From Lyngbya sp. PCC 8106 (GTDB taxonomy: Bacteria > Cyanobacteriota > Cyanobacteriia > Cyanobacteriales > Microcoleaceae): a stretch of DNA of 32,000 nt. The position numbers were made by a program, and so were the translations under genes. The notes below the pieces were generated by a model. That model did no database searches, was not told where the DNA came from, and saw nothing but the letters and a program-made list of their open reading frames with translations. Location of the stretch: positions 38,559-70,558 of the forward strand of contig NZ_AAVU01000009.1 of assembly GCF_000169095.1 (NCBI RefSeq). Reading direction: 5' to 3'. How positions within the stretch are numbered: the first letter of the stretch is position 1; the number at the start of each line of letters is the position of its first letter. Positions 29,868 through 32,000 of the stretch are shown in pieces.

Positions 29868-32000
29868 TTAAGGTTCGATAAAATGCGCCCAAACATTCCC
29901 ATCGGGGCCAGCAACTTGGTTGAAATAACCATAGGAATACAACAACCGTCGCCCTTCTGTATTGTTATAACCAGTGTAAGCATCTCCCCAAGGATCATTG
30001 ACAATATAGCCTTTTTTGTTGTAGCCAATAATCGTTAAAATATGACCGGACGGCGTTAAATCTGCCCCAATAACCACAGGACGACGATTAATTAATTCTT
30101 CTTGAATCTCAGACCAACGGCGAGTCGTACTAAAACTACTTTTATAACCATAAGCCCGAATTAAAGCCGTTAAAACATTATGTTCAGTTTGCGATCCAAC
30201 TCCAGCATAATTAAAACACCATTGCAACAATTCATCCTCTAATTGTCCGCCATATTGCGATCGCAAACCATAATAATATAACACCATCGCAATTGAAGTC
30301 ACATTACAAGTAGACCAAGAATAGCGAGGATTATCTCGTTGAGAAAAATAGGGAACATTCAATTCAATTTGGTCAGGTAAGGGATCAAAAGTTTTCCCGC
30401 CTCGCTGAAATTTCACAAAGTCAGGAAACACATAACCCGTATTCCCAAAGCCCCGTAATTCCTCCGTTAAAGCAACTCGAATATGATTGTCAGCGATCGC
30501 ATAACTTCTGACTCCATACACTCGACCTAACGGTAAAGTAGTCCGTTCAGAAGCCGCCAAACGACTCGCATCTATCGGGCGTTTTTTTAACACTGTTGTT
30601 TGCCCAATTGTCATCGTCAACGAGTCAGGATCAAAGGGGATTTCTTGACCATTTCGCAGCAACCGAACGTGTTGCCAATAAATATATCCGACATTACCAA
30701 ACTTCTCAACAGAGTCAGCCAAAGTGACACGAAAATGACCTTGAGTAGAAGCATAACCCTTAATCGGATAAGTTTGACCGAGTAATAAAAGTGCGGATTG
30801 ATCCGGTGACAAATCAGAAGAATCAATCGGTTTTGCTTTAATTTTTGTCGTTTTAATCACCAACATTTGGGCATTAACATCAGTATCCCGTACACTATCA
30901 ATCTCAAACTGAAGCACTTCCGAACCTTTGCTGAGTTGAACATGACTTTGGAAGAAATAACCAAATGTTCCGATAGGTGAAATCGCGTTATTTAATAACA
31001 CTTTCAAATGACCATCAACCCAACCATACTTCAAAACCTTAAACTTCTGACCCGATGCGATCGCGACTTTTTGAAGTTGATTTAGAGAAGCAGAATCAAA
31101 CGGTGCGACCTTAAAAAGGGTATCATTAGTAATCCTTAGAGTTAACCCTTCTCCCACCGTCAACGGGCTACTACTCACCGTTAAATTAATCACCTGAGAA
31201 GCAATCAACTCCTTTTTACTATTTGTTGCTTTCAGTCGTAACCAACGATAACCCGCCTCACTAAATCCTTTTTCTAACTTGACTTCCCAAGTCTTCGCCG
31301 TCGAATTCAAAACAACATCAAAACCATAACGATCTTCCGCCATCAAAGTCATCGCCGTCACAACACGCGGATCAAAACTTCCTTTAAGAATAGTCGGTTG
31401 ATTCACCAAAACTTCTGATGGTCCCTGATAAGTCACAGGTAATTTAGGAATAATCGGTTGATCAGCCCGACTCAGTTGAACAAAATCAGGATAAACATAA
31501 CCCGTATTTCCAAAACCCGGTAAATTTTCCGTGAGGGCGACTTTGAGATGACCATCTTCTGTGGTATAACTTTGTACACCATAAACCATTCCGGCTGGAA
31601 TTATGACCTTATCCGTTTCGCTGAGATAAGCCCCATCAACAGGTCGTTTTTTGAAAACAGTGGTATTAATAACCGTTAGATTAATTGCATTTGTATTGTA
31701 GGTAATGGCTTGATCTTGTTCCCAAAGTTCAGCATGATAACGGTAGATATAACCATATTGACCAAAACCCGGAATACTGCGATCAAAAGTTACACGGAAA
31801 TGATCTTCAACACAAGCATAACCTAAAATTGTGTAGGTACTGCCGTGAGTTAATTCAATGGTTTGATTCATTCCCAATTGGGCGGAATCTTGAGGTTTTA
31901 CTTTGACAGAGGTAGTTTGTGTAATCCATAATAATTGAGTCCCCGATGGAGTCGGGGGTAAATCTTCACGATCAAACCAGAGGATTTGTCCATTTTTAAC
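29868..32000 (-). CDS. Large cell-wall-type protein: repeated SH3b-like modules plus a C-terminal C39-like (papain-fold) peptidase domain; 5' end lies outside the window
   Basis: The reading frame stays open from 31877 to the window edge (VKNGQILWFDREDLPPTPSGTQLLWITQTTSVKVKP...). At least five modules of about 95-110 aa follow the pattern TTVFKKRP.D...L......P.G..Y.V.SY...DGH.KV.L......G..GY.....V.L. The C-terminus is VPYFSQRDNPRYSWSTCNVTSIAMVLYYYG ... SGHILTIIGY ... NDPWG (Peptidase_C39_2-like Cys/His). Confidence 0.75.
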   Translation of the reverse strand, partial: VKNGQILWFDREDLPPTPSGTQLLWITQTTSVKVKPQDSAQLGMNQTIELTHGSTYTILGYACVEDHFRVTFDRSIPGFGQYGYIYRYHAELWEQDQAITYNTNAINLTVINTTVFKKRPVDGAYLSETDKVIIPAGMVYGVQSYTTEDGHLKVALTENLPGFGNTGYVYPDFVQLSRADQPIIPKLPVTYQGPSEVLVNQPTILKGSFDPRVVTAMTLMAEDRYGFDVVLNSTAKTWEVKLEKGFSEAGYRWLRLKATNSKKELIASQVINLTVSSSPLTVGEGLTLRITNDTLFKVAPFDSASLNQLQKVAIASGQKFKVLKYGWVDGHLKVLLNNAISPIGTFGYFFQSHVQLSKGSEVLQFEIDSVRDTDVNAQMLVIKTTKIKAKPIDSSDLSPDQSALLLLGQTYPIKGYASTQGHFRVTLADSVEKFGNVGYIYWQHVRLLRNGQEIPFDPDSLTMTIGQTTVLKKRPIDASRLAASERTTLPLGRVYGVRSYAIADNHIRVALTEELRGFGNTGYVFPDFVKFQRGGKTFDPLPDQIELNVPYFSQRDNPRYSWSTCNVTSIAMVLYYYGLRSQYGGQLEDELLQWCFNYAGVGSQTEHNVLTALIRAYGYKSSFSTTRRWSEIQEELINRRPVVIGADLTPSGHILTIIGYNKKGYIVNDPWGDAYTGYNNTEGRRLLYSYGYFNQVAGPDGNVWAHFIEP

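Noticed and set aside
1-32000. rRNA, tRNA, tmRNA, RNase P RNA or CRISPR arrays
   Set aside because: No cloverleaf-compatible segment, rRNA-like conserved block or repeat-spacer array was evident in the intergenic regions. A tRNAscan/Infernal run would be needed to exclude small ncRNAs formally.

Overview
This window looks like a cyanobacterial chromosome segment, probably from a filamentous Oscillatoriales-type genome (the taxon is inference). The HIP1 octamer GCGATCGC occurs at least 21 times by eye, heptamer tandem arrays are present, and the gene content is typical: ndhF/ndhD, a Ycf30/RbcR-type LysR regulator, NnrU, and a WCGLC thioredoxin.

Housekeeping genes I recognise are ndhF, ndhD, mnmA, nnr and folD, plus a thioredoxin, NnrU, a NUDIX hydrolase, an M23 peptidase and a SPOR-repeat protein. 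Accessory and mobile material is interleaved with them:
- Two tandem rbcR/ycf30 paralogs carrying identical-sequence patches.
- An MscS channel with a C-terminal DEP-like domain.
- An ISL3 transposase remnant.
- A free-standing GIY-YIG nuclease ORF wedged between ndhF and ndhD.
- A DUF4394 protein interrupted by a permuted CHRD segment.
- A RayT (REP-associated tyrosine transposase) flanked by three inverted REP doublets.
- At least three small repeat/MITE-like families.
- A YefM-like/YoeB toxin-antitoxin cassette whose toxin is frameshifted.
- A DUF29 gene.
- A very large C39-like peptidase with repeated SH3b-like modules; it runs off the 3' end of the window.

The best candidate for an interesting system is the island at about 16.9-22.3 kb, centred on an NLR-like STAND NTPase. 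It has a helical N-terminal module, an NB-ARC domain and ten near-identical 42-aa TPR units. Its N-terminal module and NB-ARC part share one reading frame. They are separated only by a single TGA at the edge of a GC-palindromic mini-element.

I saw no rRNA, tRNA or CRISPR array. All domain calls come from motif recognition by eye, not from searches.
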